From the NCBI GenBank assembly GCA_030390025.1, contig CM059432.1, positions 103,108,001-103,172,000 on the forward strand: a stretch of 64,000 nucleotides of DNA, read 5' to 3'. This DNA is from Squalus acanthias (taxonomy: Eukaryota). The translations under genes were made by a program, and so were the position numbers. Positions 23,985 to 35,207 of this stretch are shown piece after piece (the stretch's first letter is position 1; every line of letters starts with the position of its first letter). Under the pieces are notes generated by a model, which was given only the letters and a program-made list of their open reading frames with translations, was not told where the DNA came from and searched no databases.

Positions 23985-24645
23985 GAATGCTGTATCATGA
24001 AGTCACCACGACTGCTTCCAGGATAATAGCCACAGACATGCATCACAATGTTTCATGGTTATATAACATCTGATCATTAAATCAATGCAAAACCTTTGAG
24101 TTTATGAAGGTCAGGAGAGTGATATGAAGAGCTTCGAAGCCCCATGGTACCATGTGCAACACTTTGTACTTGAGGACACCCTGCCACGGAGTAAAAGCTG
24201 TGTATCCTGTCCAGCTAATTCCTCCTTTTGACTGGATAAGTGTTGCCCACTATAAACATAATGGTCGTCACTTGCTTGATATATGTGTGCACTGCCGACT
24301 GCCTGATGTGACAGATGTCTCCTGGAAGGATCTGGTAGCATGACAGCTTCATGCTGTGATAACCTTCACTTCTATGTACCTGATCCAAATATTGTGTACA
24401 GGTAATGTGTAGCAGATGGTACAACTCTGTGACAGCTTGCCTTGGAAAGGAGGAGATAGGGAAGACAACACTGTTCTGATACATTCAAGTACATGTGGAG
24501 GCTTCTATAAAGCAAGTTCCAGGTTAGTGATGGTGTTTTCAAATGTCTTAGGTGTTGTTGCACTTGCATCTGTTGGCCCCTCACAAACTCCTCTTCCTCA
24601 TCTCAATTATGCAGCACATTCAGAACCCCCAAAGGAATACCCATT
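23985..24645 (-). pseudogene. Highly decayed Harbinger transposase
   Basis: Peptides QAVTELYHLL, ICHIRQSAVHTYIKQVT, FYSVAGCPQVQ and YPGSSRGDFM align with the 18838-19982 transposase. Confidence 0.7.
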
Positions 24646-24834
24646 CTTGCCTCTTTGTAGGTTGCAACATCAAAACTAGCAGTAATGAATAATTAAGCAA
24701 AGTAGTGGTGGGAAAAGAACAAAAATGCAAAAGCAGAGGTCTACCCAGCAGAACTATTTAATGCATGGAGCAAAAAGCAGGAAAGAGAACATAAAAATGA
24801 AAAAAAAAACTTTATTGAAAGTCTGCTGGGGGAA

Positions 24835-25007
24835 CTGGATGTTTTTAAGATTGGGGGTTGAGCAACAGGGGAGTCAAGGGTTATGGGGAGCGGGCAGGAA
24901 AGTGGAGTTGAGGTCGATGATCAGCCATGATCTCATTGAATGGTGGAGCAAGCTCGAGGGGCTGAATGGCCTACTCCTGCTCCTATTTCTTATATTTATT
25001 ATGTTTC
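24835..25007 (+). mobile_element. CR1 3' end fragment
   Basis: Contains GATCAGCCATGATCTCATTGAATGG...GGCCTACTCCTGCTCCTATTTCTTAT. Confidence 0.85.
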
Positions 25008-25181
25008 TCATGTGAGGTGGGTGGTGGGGTGGGGGTGGGATATGGGTAGTAATGTGCCCCAGGCATCTGTGCTGGGAGATCTTTTGGTTTCCATTTATAA
25101 AAAATAATTTGGACATAGGCACAAAAGGTATATCAAAGTTTACGGATGGTACCAAATTAAGGAAACATTGTATAATGCCAA

Positions 25182-25582
25182 GCTTGGCTGAGTGGTGGCA
25201 CTCTTGCCTTAGAGTCATAAGGTCATGGATTCAAGCCCCACATCAGAGACTAGAGCACATAATCTAAGATGACACTTCAGTGCAGTACTGAGGGAGTGTT
25301 GCACTGTTGGAGCTGCAGTCATTCAGTTGAGTCCCTCTCAGGTGGACATAAAAGATCCCATGGTGCTATTTGAAGAAGAGCAAGAGCCACAATTCATCAT
25401 TCAACCAACATAACTAAAATAGATTATCTGGTCAGTTATCTCGTTTATGTCTGTGAGACAGTGTGGTGTATAAAGTGGCTTGCAGTGTTTCTCTACATTA
25501 CATAGGTGACTGCACTTCATTGGCTGTAAAGTGCTTTGGGACATCCTGAGGATGTGAAAGGGGTTATATAAATGCAAGTTCA
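25182..25582 (+). mobile_element. tRNA-derived DeuSINE (SacSINE1-like)
   Basis: A box TGGCTGAGTGG, B box GGATTCAAGCC, a Deu-domain-like GTGGACATAAAAGATCCCATGG...GAAGAAGAGCA, and an L2-like tail TATATAAATGCAAGTT. Confidence 0.75.
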
Positions 25583-25738
25583 TTCATTATGGCAAACTGT
25601 GAGGAAGTATTGCAGGAGGACATCGACAAGTTAGTAGAGTGGGCACATAGGTGAGGATGCAACTCAATGTTGTAAAATGTGAAGTAAAACATTTTGGGAA
25701 AAAGAACAATGAAAGGAAGTATACACTCTAAACAGTAA

Positions 25739-26633
25739 AGGGTAGAAATTAGGTCGCGCCCCATTTGGGGCGCAAATATCGTCTGGACGCAAATATTAGC
25801 GCCTGGCGCTAATTATCGGCACTGACTGGAAACTTCACTTTTACCGCCCCGGGAGGTGAGTGGAGCGCTAAATCAGGCGCTGCACACCTGTCTTAAGGCG
25901 CAAAGGCCAAGGAGTGAGGCGCTACCTCAGAGCGCTGGCGAAGCTCATGTCATGTCAGTCAGCAATGGAACACACACACAATGGCACGGGCCAGTTCTTA
26001 AAGGGGATGGTTAATCTTGCTTTCCATCCACATCCTGTTCATTGCAGCCTTGAATCTCGGCCTGGAGAGACTTGCACATCAAATGTGCTGGAAAGAACAA
26101 TGGAGAGTACCAGGCAAAGAGCTCAGAGTGCAGCTCCCACAGTCTCTGCTAAATCGATACAAGGAATGGCAAATCAAAATGAACCTGCAAAGTGCTGCTC
26201 AGTACCCAAAACTCATTCTCACAACATTGAATCACTCCAGAAGTCTCTCCCTCTCGCTCTCAGAATGCGTAGTTCAAAAATGCCACCAACAATAAAAGAC
26301 AGGAAGAGGCCCCCTTTAAATAGCGCCCCCCCCCCAGCCCCACAGCGATTGATAGCGTTCCAGTCTTCTGGTCGTTGGATGCGCCAGGCGGTAAGGCAGG
26401 GGGCGCCACTCAATTTCCGCTCCGGGGCGCCAGAAGGGCGTTGCACCATGGAATGACGTCACAATCTGCGTGCGCAGGTGGTCGCAGCGGTAAGTTTTAG
26501 CGCCGCCGCACAATGTCAAGTTAAGTTCCCGAGCGGCGCAAACATCGCTGCACCCGGGCGTTAGCGGCTTTGCGCCCCATTAGCGCCCTGTTAAGGCGCT
26601 AACGGGAGGCGCAACCAACTGAATTTTTACCCC
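25739..26633. mobile_element. Harbinger MITE (deletion derivative of the 18332-22525 family)
   Basis: TIRs, TSD TAA, and both arms homologous to the ends of 18332-22525 in reverse orientation. Confidence 0.9.
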
Positions 26634-27941
26634 TAAGATTCTTAACATAATGGAGGAACAGAGAGATCTAGGGTCCAGATACATGGATCTTTAAAAGTGG
26701 AAGTGCACATTTAAAAGATCCAAAAAAAAGCAGTTGGGATTCTGGATTTATATATCACAACACTGGAGATAAAATCAAGGAAGTGATGTTGAATTTGTGT
26801 AAGACATTGGTTACCCATAATTTAAGTACTGCATGAAGTTCTGAAAGGATATCAGAGCATGGAAAAAGTACAGTGAAGATTCACCAGACTAATACAAGGA
26901 ACAAGAAGTTATCATTGTGAAGGAAGGCTAAAAACATTGGAGCTTTTTCATTAGAACAAAGAAAGTTAAAGTGTGATCTAATAGAGGTATGCAAAACTCT
27001 GAAAGGTTGTGAGGGGGTAAATAGTGAAAGATTATTTCCACTGGTTGGCAAATCAATAATGAGATCATCTCCGGATTAGATAAGGCACAGACAGGGGATT
27101 ATCATTGAGGCAGAGACTATGAGGGTAATTTCCATCTTCACTGATAGCAGCAGTAAACTGGTGGCGTGGATCATCCACCTGTTATAGATCTCACCTGATT
27201 TAATTTCCATTGTTTACTACCCAAGGTAAAAATGACATGCTATAGCATTGGTTAAAAGGGAATTGGATAAGGGAGAATATAAAAAGGATATGTGGAATGG
27301 CCAGGCATATGGGATTGGAATAGATGGTTCCAGTTGAAATGTTAGCACCAACGCAGACCCAATGGACTGAAAAATATTCTTCTGTGAATTAATTTTCAGG
27401 ATTCTGTGAATACTATGGAAACCAAAGCTACTGCCTCTGAGAAAATTTGGTACATTAACTGAACAATGGTTTTCCTGCAGGTTTTATTTTTTAACACAAT
27501 TACAAGAAGGTTACCGCAGTATAAGTACATTAGTAACCCCATTGGATATACAACTATAACTGCTTCAAGATATGGTTCAGAGAACCAGACCATCTCAGAG
27601 TGTGGTTATGCATCATAAGTTGCTTTTAGTATTATTTACAATACTTTCCATTGGATTTCACTGTCTGATTATTATCAGTTTTATTCCCCTGGCCCATTGT
27701 AGCACAATGTTCTGTCTTGTTGATTTTCCTCTTGTTGTTGTTGAAATGTTTTGGCAAGTCTTCAGTAACCCACTGGCATTCTATATAATCACAATAGCTC
27801 ACCAATATTACTTCGCTGCATATAACAGGCAAGAATAAAATCTGAATCCGTGTTAGGCACTGCTGCTGGGTTTTCCACTGTTATACTGTGTATACATGCT
27901 GCAGAATAACTTAGTTCTTTATTGGAAGACATATCAAATGC

Positions 27942-29158
27942 AAATAAAAACAGAAAATGCTGGAGATACTCAGCAGGTCAGGCAGCATCTGTGAAGAGAG
28001 AAACAGAGTTAACGTTTCAGGTCGATGACCTTTCGTCAGAACTGGAAAAAAGCAGGAAATGGAACAGATTTTTAAGCAAGTGGAGGGGCTGGGAAATGGG
28101 ATGGGGATGAAAGAACAAAAGGGAAGGTCTGTGATAGGATAGAAGGCAGGAGAGGTTAAGAGACATTAAGAGATATTCAAGGCAAAAGGAGATGGTAATG
28201 GGACAGGTTAAGAAACAAAGGATGGCTCTAGATGAAGTGTAAATTGCGCTGGCAGAATGAAAGACAGCTGCCATGTGGGAGAGAAGAACAGAAGGCACAA
28301 ACAAAAAGTGTGGATAAAAATATATATATATATGATAGGGGCCAGGTTATGATCTGAAATTGTTGAACTCTATGTTGAGTCCAGAAGGCTGTAAAGTGCC
28401 TAATCGAAAAATGAGGTGCTGTTCCTCGAGCTTACGCTGAGCTTCCATGGAACAATGCAAGAGGCCGAGGACAGTGAGGTCTGAGTGGGAGTGGAGCGGT
28501 AAATTAAAGTGACAGGCGACCGGAAGCTCGGGGTCCCCCTTACGGACTGAACGGAAGTGTTCCGCAAAGCGGACACCCAATCTGCATTTGGTCTCCCCAA
28601 TGTAGAGGAGACCACATCATGAGCAGCGAATACAGTATACTAAATTGCAAGAAGTACAAGTAAATCGCTGTTTCACCTGGAAGGGGTGTTTGGGGCCTTG
28701 GACAGTGGGAAGGGGGGAGGTATAAGGGCATGCATTGCATCTCCTGCGCTTGCACGGGAAGGTGACGGGCGAAGGGGAAGGGGTGTTGGGGGTGATAGAG
28801 GAGTGGACTAGGGTGTTGCGGAGGGAGCGGTCCCTACGGAATGCTGAAAGGGGAGGTGAGGGGAAGATGCGTTTGGTGGTGGGATCACGCTGGAGGTGGC
28901 GGAAATGGCGGAGGATGATCCGCTGAATGTGGAGGCTGGTGGGGTGAAAGGTGAGGACAATGGGAACTCTATCGTGATTCCGGGAGGGAGGGGCAGGGGT
29001 GAGGGCAGAAGTGCGGGAGATAGAACGGACATGGTCAAGGGCCGTGTCAACCACTGTAGAGGGGAATCCTCGGTTGAGGAAAAAGGAAGACATGTCGGAA
29101 GCACTGGTATGGAAGGTGGCGTCGTCAGAGCAGATGTGGCCGAGATGGAGAAACTCCG
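27942..29158 (-). mobile_element. Penelope-like retroelement, 5'-truncated (RT C-terminus + GIY-YIG endonuclease + terminal repeat)
   Basis: Peptide NLVYCIRCS*CGLLYIGETKCRLGVRFAEH...FRLGTLQPSGLNIEFNNFRS, with a hammerhead motif in the terminal repeat. Confidence 0.9.
28007..28043 (-). ncRNA. Minimal type I hammerhead ribozyme motif
   Basis: AGTT-CTGACGA-A-AGGTC-ATC-GACCT-GAAACGTT-AACT gives a CUGANGA/GAAA core, stem II AGGTC/GACCT and stem I AGTT/AACT. Confidence 0.75.
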
Positions 29159-29359
29159 TCAAATACAAAGCCTGTATAATACTGACATACCACTGCCTCC
29201 TTCTCCACTGGCTCGAACCTTTAACATAAATGTCTTGAGATGACACTGTGGGATACTAGCATATGAATGCTTAACACATTTGTCTGAAATTCCTTTCTAT
29301 TTTAGCAGAGGTGTTAACCTGTTTAAATAAATGGATAAATGCCTCAACTTAAATAAAAG

Positions 29360-29595
29360 TGAGAAGTCACACAACACCAGGTTATAGTCCAACAGCTTTA
29401 TTTGAAATCACAAGCTTTCGGAGCGCTGCTCCTTCATCAGGTGAAGTGAAGAAATACATATGGGCACAGCATATATAGTCAGAGAATACTACCAGACGAC
29501 TACAGTTAATCTTTCTAACTGCCCTTTATCACACCTCGGCAGAGAGACAATCACGGCAATCAAAGGTGTGGATGGTGTCCAACCAGGTCAGCCAA
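29360..29595 (-). mobile_element. Second Penelope-like family terminal-repeat fragment
   Basis: Contains a distinct hammerhead motif followed by AATAAA and GTTGGACTATAACCTGGTGTTGTG. Confidence 0.6.
29408..29444 (-). ncRNA. Minimal hammerhead ribozyme motif (second family)
   Basis: TCAC-CTGATGA-A-GGAGC-AGC-GCTCC-GAAAGCTT-GTGA. Confidence 0.75.
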
Positions 29596-32293
29596 CTTAA
29601 ATAGCAGAGAGAGTAATACTGTATGAGACAAGCACGTTAAGCCTTGATATACCCAGGGTCCATTTGCAGAGCCAAACCCTTCAGTTCTCTGCTTTGGTGG
29701 GAGAAGCACCTTGATATAACCAAAAGAGCAATCTATCCCTGAATTATAGCTGTCTTGAAGTATGTAGAACTTCACTTCCAAACAGATAATTCAAGGTGCT
29801 CCTACTAATTGAAGCAGACAAGAATTTGTTCTTAATTCAATTAATATAAAATAGATGAAGAAAGGAAAAGCTGAATGCATTACTAAGTTAGCAAAGTATT
29901 TTTTTAACTAAAGTGTGGATTAAATGTCACAAAATCCACCAAAAAACATGAAGTTAACACTGGATATATTAGAGTAATTAAATGAATATAAAATAGTGAT
30001 TAAATTAACATAAAGTATCACTTTATAGGTTGTATAAAAGATTCCTTATTTTCATTAACTTTCATATTATTGGACTTTTGTCTTGATGACGACAACGACA
30101 ATGTAATGTTACAGCCAACTCGCCTATAGTCCTTGGTAGTAGCTGCTATATGATGTAAAATTTCATTGCCTGTGCACATTTAATCAACGTAAATCTTAGC
30201 ATTCTTTTAGATTTGCAATAATAAGTGAATGTAAAAGGACATGAAATATGATACAAGTTGCATAACATCCACAACATTAAATTCTAATACTCTGTGGTTT
30301 GTGCATTTCCATAAAGTGTCTTGTATATCTTTCATTTTGAATGAGTTATGCCCAAGAAACAAATCTCATCCTGTTCTTTGGCACAAAAGTTACTGTGAAC
30401 ACTTATACCAGAATTTATTTTAGATTAGTTTCCCAAAGTTAGAGTTAAGAGCATATCATGGTTTGGAATAAATATACACTGCAAAACAATTTGATTGACT
30501 GCTACTTATTTCTTTGCGTGTTTGCACAGCCTACTAATACAGTAAAAACAGAAAATGCTGGAAGTGCTCAGCTGGTCAGGCAGCATCTGTGGAGAGAGAA
30601 ACAGAGTTAACGTTTCAGGTCGATGATCTTTCGTCAGAACTGGGAAAAGTTAGAGATGTAACAGGTTTTAAGCAAGTACAGAGGCAGGGAAAGGGGGGTT
30701 GGGGGGGAAGGAAAGAACAAAAGGGAAGGTCTGTGCTAGCGTGGAAGGCAGACGAGATTAAATGACAAAGGCCGTGATTTTCTTCTTGGAGGCGGGTTGG
30801 CATCGGGAACAGTAGTCGGCGGGTTCCAGTCCCGCTGCCGGCTCCTGCCGGCCAGGCTGACACAATTTTTCATTAATTGGGCTAGTTAAGCCCACCGTGT
30901 GGGTTACCCGCCCTCATCACAAGGTTGGGGTCTCTTCAGCTGATAAGCTGACGCATTTGCAGCCGGTGCATTTAAGGGGGCCATTTCCCCATTAGATCTC
31001 AGCTCGTTTCTGGTGCTTCTGACTGCTGCTTCTCACCACGATGTCTGCAGAGAAACAAAAGGCAGCTCCCCGCTTCAACGAAGACTCCCTCCATGTTCTT
31101 GTGGAGGGAGTCAGAGGACGTCGGGAGGTCCTATACCCAGCTGATGGAAGAAGGAAACCTCCTCAGCAGACAAAGGCAGCCTGGCTGCAAATAGCTGAGG
31201 AGGTCAGTGCCAGGTCCATGTACAGACACACCTGGGTCCAATACAGGAAAAGGTTCAATGATCACCTGCGCTCTGGAAAAGTGAGTATAAAAGCACACTT
31301 ACCTTAATTCTGCTGTGCCTGTCATCACATCCCCATCACTTTGCATTGGTATCCCTACTCCTGCCGGAGCAGTGATGGCCGAGTCTGCCCCTGTGCAGCC
31401 GCAGGAGGAGCAGACTTTGGCGGGGCCTTCAAAGGCTCCAAAACCCAAAGGACGACCGCTAAAGGCATCTAAGCAGGCACAGCAGAGAAGTGAGTAGGCT
31501 GTCTCTACATCTGCTGAAGCCACAGGGGTAGCACAACGTAAAAGCACACATAAGAGAAAGCTAACATATAAATGATCACAAGGGTACTCACTTGGGTGTT
31601 CTGATAGAATTCAATGTTAAGTTCCTGTTCTTTTATTATGTTGGAATAAATTAATCTTGTATGAATGTTTGACATCGTTGCCATTTGTGTGCTCACAATT
31701 TGAGGTGGCACAGTGAAGGGTGAGGGCGCCTTTTATGGCCAGCAATGCAGGTGATAGTGGATATAGAGTTAACAACAGACACGGTGGGCTGGATTTTCTC
31801 AGTCCTGAGGAGACGGGTATGGAGGCGGGACTGCCGGTAATGCTTTTATCGATGCTACTTAGCATTTTAATGACCTGGATTATGGTCCCCTCAGGTGATG
31901 GAGTTGATATTTATCAATTATAAAAAAGGTAGGATTAAAAATATCTTGCAGTTGAATTATCTATAATATCAGGACTATCCAACACGCAAGATTAACCATA
32001 TCCTCATGGTTACAGCTTGTACCAGCTGTCTCTAAAAGTCTCCCTTATTCCACTCGTGTCTTACCTGCCTGATAGTAATTTGTGAATTAGGAAAGGTGGT
32101 TTTGGGTTGCTTAGAAAAGTGAATGAATTATAATCGCAACAAAGCTGTCGAGTGAGGAGCTGTGCTTAGCAAAATAGTTTCATGGTTCCTGCATCAGTTA
32201 TATAACGCTTTAAATCTTTAGCACAGTCGTAAGCCATCTTTTAAATTAGTATTGTTCTTGATCAGAAGGATTGTACATAGTGCGGTTTTGGGC

Positions 32294-32846
32294 TACTGTG
32301 TACAGTTTTGGTCTCCGTACCTAAGGAAGGATATACTTGCCTTGAAAGGGATGCAATGAAGGTTCACTAGATTGATTCCCGGGATGAGAGGGTTATCCTA
32401 TGAGGAGAGATTGAGTAAAATGGGCCTATATTCTCTGGAGTTTAGAAGAATGAGAGGTGATCTCATTGAAACGTATAAAATTCTGAGAGGGTTTGACAGG
32501 GTAGATGCTGAGAGGCTGTTTCCCCTGGCTGGAGAGTCTAGAACCAGGGATAATAGTCTCGGGATAAGGAGTCGGCCATTTAGGACTGAGATGAAGAGAA
32601 TTTCTTCGCTCAGAGGATTGTGAATCTTTGGAATTCTCCACCCCAGCTGGCTGTGGAAGTCGTTGAGTTTATTCAAGACGGAGATGGATAGATTATTGGA
32701 CACTAGGGGGATCAAGGGATATGGGGATCGGGCGGGAAGGTGGAGTTGAGGTAGAAGATCAGCCATGATCTTACTGAATGACGAAGCAGGCTCGAGGGGC
32801 CGTATGGCCTACTCCTGCTCCTAATTCTTATGTTCTTATGTTCTTA
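32294..32846 (+). mobile_element. CR1 3' fragment
   Basis: YSLEFRRMRGDLIETYKIL, a 3' UTR and a (TTCTTATG)n tail. Confidence 0.9.
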
Positions 32847-32849
32847 AAG

Positions 32850-33610
32850 TTGCAGAATTTGAGGGCGGGTGGCAAACCCGCCCCCACCCCACCTCCGTGC
32901 CCTCTTGCCAGGAGGCAGGAAGCCATCCTGCCCCGGGTCCCGTCTCCTTGGAGGCGGGAAGGGATTAAAGCCTATTAACTGCCTGCTAACAGGTAGTTAA
33001 CAGGCAGAAAATAGGATTATCCCCATTTTTCGTTCCAAAGTGCAGGCTTCCTGACCTGGGGGAACCCCGCCAGGGTGTTGGAGCTGAGTAGGAGGTCTGC
33101 GGGGGTCGGAGGGGTCTGAAAGTGCGATGTAGAGGTGAGTGATGGGTGCAAGTGTGGAGTGGTAAATATGTGAGGTGAGTGTAAAGTGTGAGAAAATGTT
33201 AACTTACCTTTGTTTCTGCCTACAGCCTTCAGCCGCTGTGGAGCCAGAGTCCCGACATCTCCATTGTAGAGATCCAACAGTCATCTGATTTCTACAAAGT
33301 AGAAAGAATTGATGAGTCCTGAACACAAGGACTCATCAAACTACACAGAATGTCAGTGTTTGACAGCTGCACAGAGCTGTCAAACGATGACATTTCTTCT
33401 TTCAAAAATTCTTGACAGATGACACGTCATACGTTGACGTGCTCTGTCACTGACTTCCCCCTAATTGGCCTGCTGAACCCGCCGGGTGGGCTTAAAAAGG
33501 TCAATCAGGGTAAGATCCCGCTGGTTGGCCAGAGGCTGATGGAGGCGGGACTGAAACCAGGCAAGCAGCAGTCCCGTCTCCAACACGTCTCCATTCATAA
33601 AATCCAGCCC
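32850..33610 (-). mobile_element. Hairpin-array MITE copy (family of 17288-18125)
   Basis: Reverse-orientation homology, ending in AAAATCCAGCCC. Confidence 0.8.
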
Positions 33611-35207
33611 TTACAGCCTCAAGACAGTCTCCCAAATCGTGAAATCAGCAACCTCTGACATTTGAAATTGAGCAGATTTGAGAGTGCAGCTTTTAGACTG
33701 CAGTTGCAGCTGTGAAGTATTCAGCTCGTTGGTCTTGCTGACACACTTACCTGGCGTGATCACTGAACGTCGTGAAACCCGAATAAAATGTTGGAAAATT
33801 GCAAAAGGCTCTCAATATAGCAGTTAACAAGCACATAACAAGGAGTTAAGTGCCTTAAATCCCTTAGCCGCCGCTTGGTGTCAGGTGTGTTGTGAAATCG
33901 CAGACCCGACACTCTTGAAGCTCACATGGAGCCGGGTTCGCGGCGGGTTTCCATCCCGCTGTCAATCATTGCGACTTTAACACCTGAACCGCCTCCGAAC
34001 CCGCCCTCTGAGTGCCGGCAAAATCACGGCCAAAAGGTCTGATGATGCAAGGCAAAAGGGGGTGGTAATGGGACAAGTAAAGAAACAAAAGATGAATCTA
34101 AAAGAGATGTAAATGGGAATAGCAGCATCATCACCAACAGCTGCTGTCTGAAAAAATGGGGGCAGAAGTTATGATCTGAAATTGTTGAACTCAATGTTGA
34201 GTCCGGAAGGTTGTAAAGTGCCTAATCGAAAGATGAGGTGCTTTTCCTCAAGCTTACGTTGAGCTTCATTGGAACAATGCAAGAAAGAGCCCAATGACAG
34301 TGAGGTCAGAGTGGGAGTGGAGCGGAGAATTAAAATGACAGGCGACTGGAAGCTCGGTGTCATGCTACTACTAATGCAGTACTAAGTTAGCAAAGTATTT
34401 TTTAAACTAAAGTGTGGATTAAATGTCACAAAGTCTGCCAAAAAACATAAAGCTAACAATGGATTATATCAGAGTGAGTTCCTGAATATAAAATAGTGAT
34501 TAAATTAACATAAAGTATCACTTTATAGATTGTATAAAAGATTCTGCTGAATATACTTAATAATATGAGCACAACAGCATAGACAGTGAAGCAATAATTC
34601 TGTAAATATTGGGGAAAAACAACACCGCAGGTTACATTCACAAAGAAAAATTTATTTGCATGACATTTCTAATAATTTAATCACAAGGCCATCTGTTTCC
34701 TTCTCAACCTTCTAATAATTATACTCCTGTGGCTAATTTAATTTGGTCTTCTTAAACACTTTTCTATCTCAAATGAGTTGAGTTGACTTCAATGGAAAGG
34801 AAAATCAGCCAGGGTGTGTAACGGGCGGACGATCCGATATTGCCCGTTTTGCGCTCCCGCCAAATTTGACATAGGGGTTCATTTTAACCTTCACCGCCTG
34901 GGCGGTAATCTGGTGGAGAGGATCAACTGCTCATTGTAGAACCTGCAATGGGATGAAAATCGGGCGGGTTCCATGATGCGCAGGCAATCTGCTGAAGGTG
35001 AAAATTAATTGCAGGTTAAAAAACAGCCATAAAATGGGCAAATGAGATTCTGAGATTTGCAGACAGAGACCTTGAATACAAGATAGGTGAGGATGAATTT
35101 GTATTTGTTAGACAACAGTTGGAGTACTGTGTGCACTTTTCAGCACCCATAATAGAAAGGATATTAGAGTAATAGCAAGTTCTAACGTAGATTAGCTAAG
35201 GTGATAT

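Larger units (their letters stand above)
25040..27390 (+). mobile_element. Old CR1 RT/3' region interrupted by a SINE and MITEs
   Basis: Motifs ISKFTDGTKL, LQEDIDKL and KCEVKHFGKKN, followed by a degenerate 3' UTR. Confidence 0.7.
30770..34031. mobile_element. Rearranged Harbinger element with Myb exon 1 and nested insertions
   Basis: Perfect 12-bp TIR GGCCGTGATTTT and TSD AAA. 31041-31280 reads PRFNEDSLHVLV...WLQIAEEVSARS...RKRFNDHL and is followed by a GTGAGT donor. Confidence 0.85.
30543..34365 (-). mobile_element. Penelope-like 3' fragment (30543-30769 + 34035-34365) split by a Harbinger insertion; hammerhead motif at 30605-30641
   Basis: Homologous to 27942-28540. ORF 34169-34363 ends in GLNIEFNNFRS. 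Confidence 0.85.

Noticed and set aside
25182..25255. tRNA gene
   Set aside because: It is a SINE head with A/B boxes, and no complete cloverleaf was evident.
25914..26456. 180-aa ORF (and the similar 132-aa ORF at 62409-62807) as a novel gene
   Set aside because: It lies in a GC-rich MITE made of Harbinger ends, and its start and stop are not conserved between the copies.
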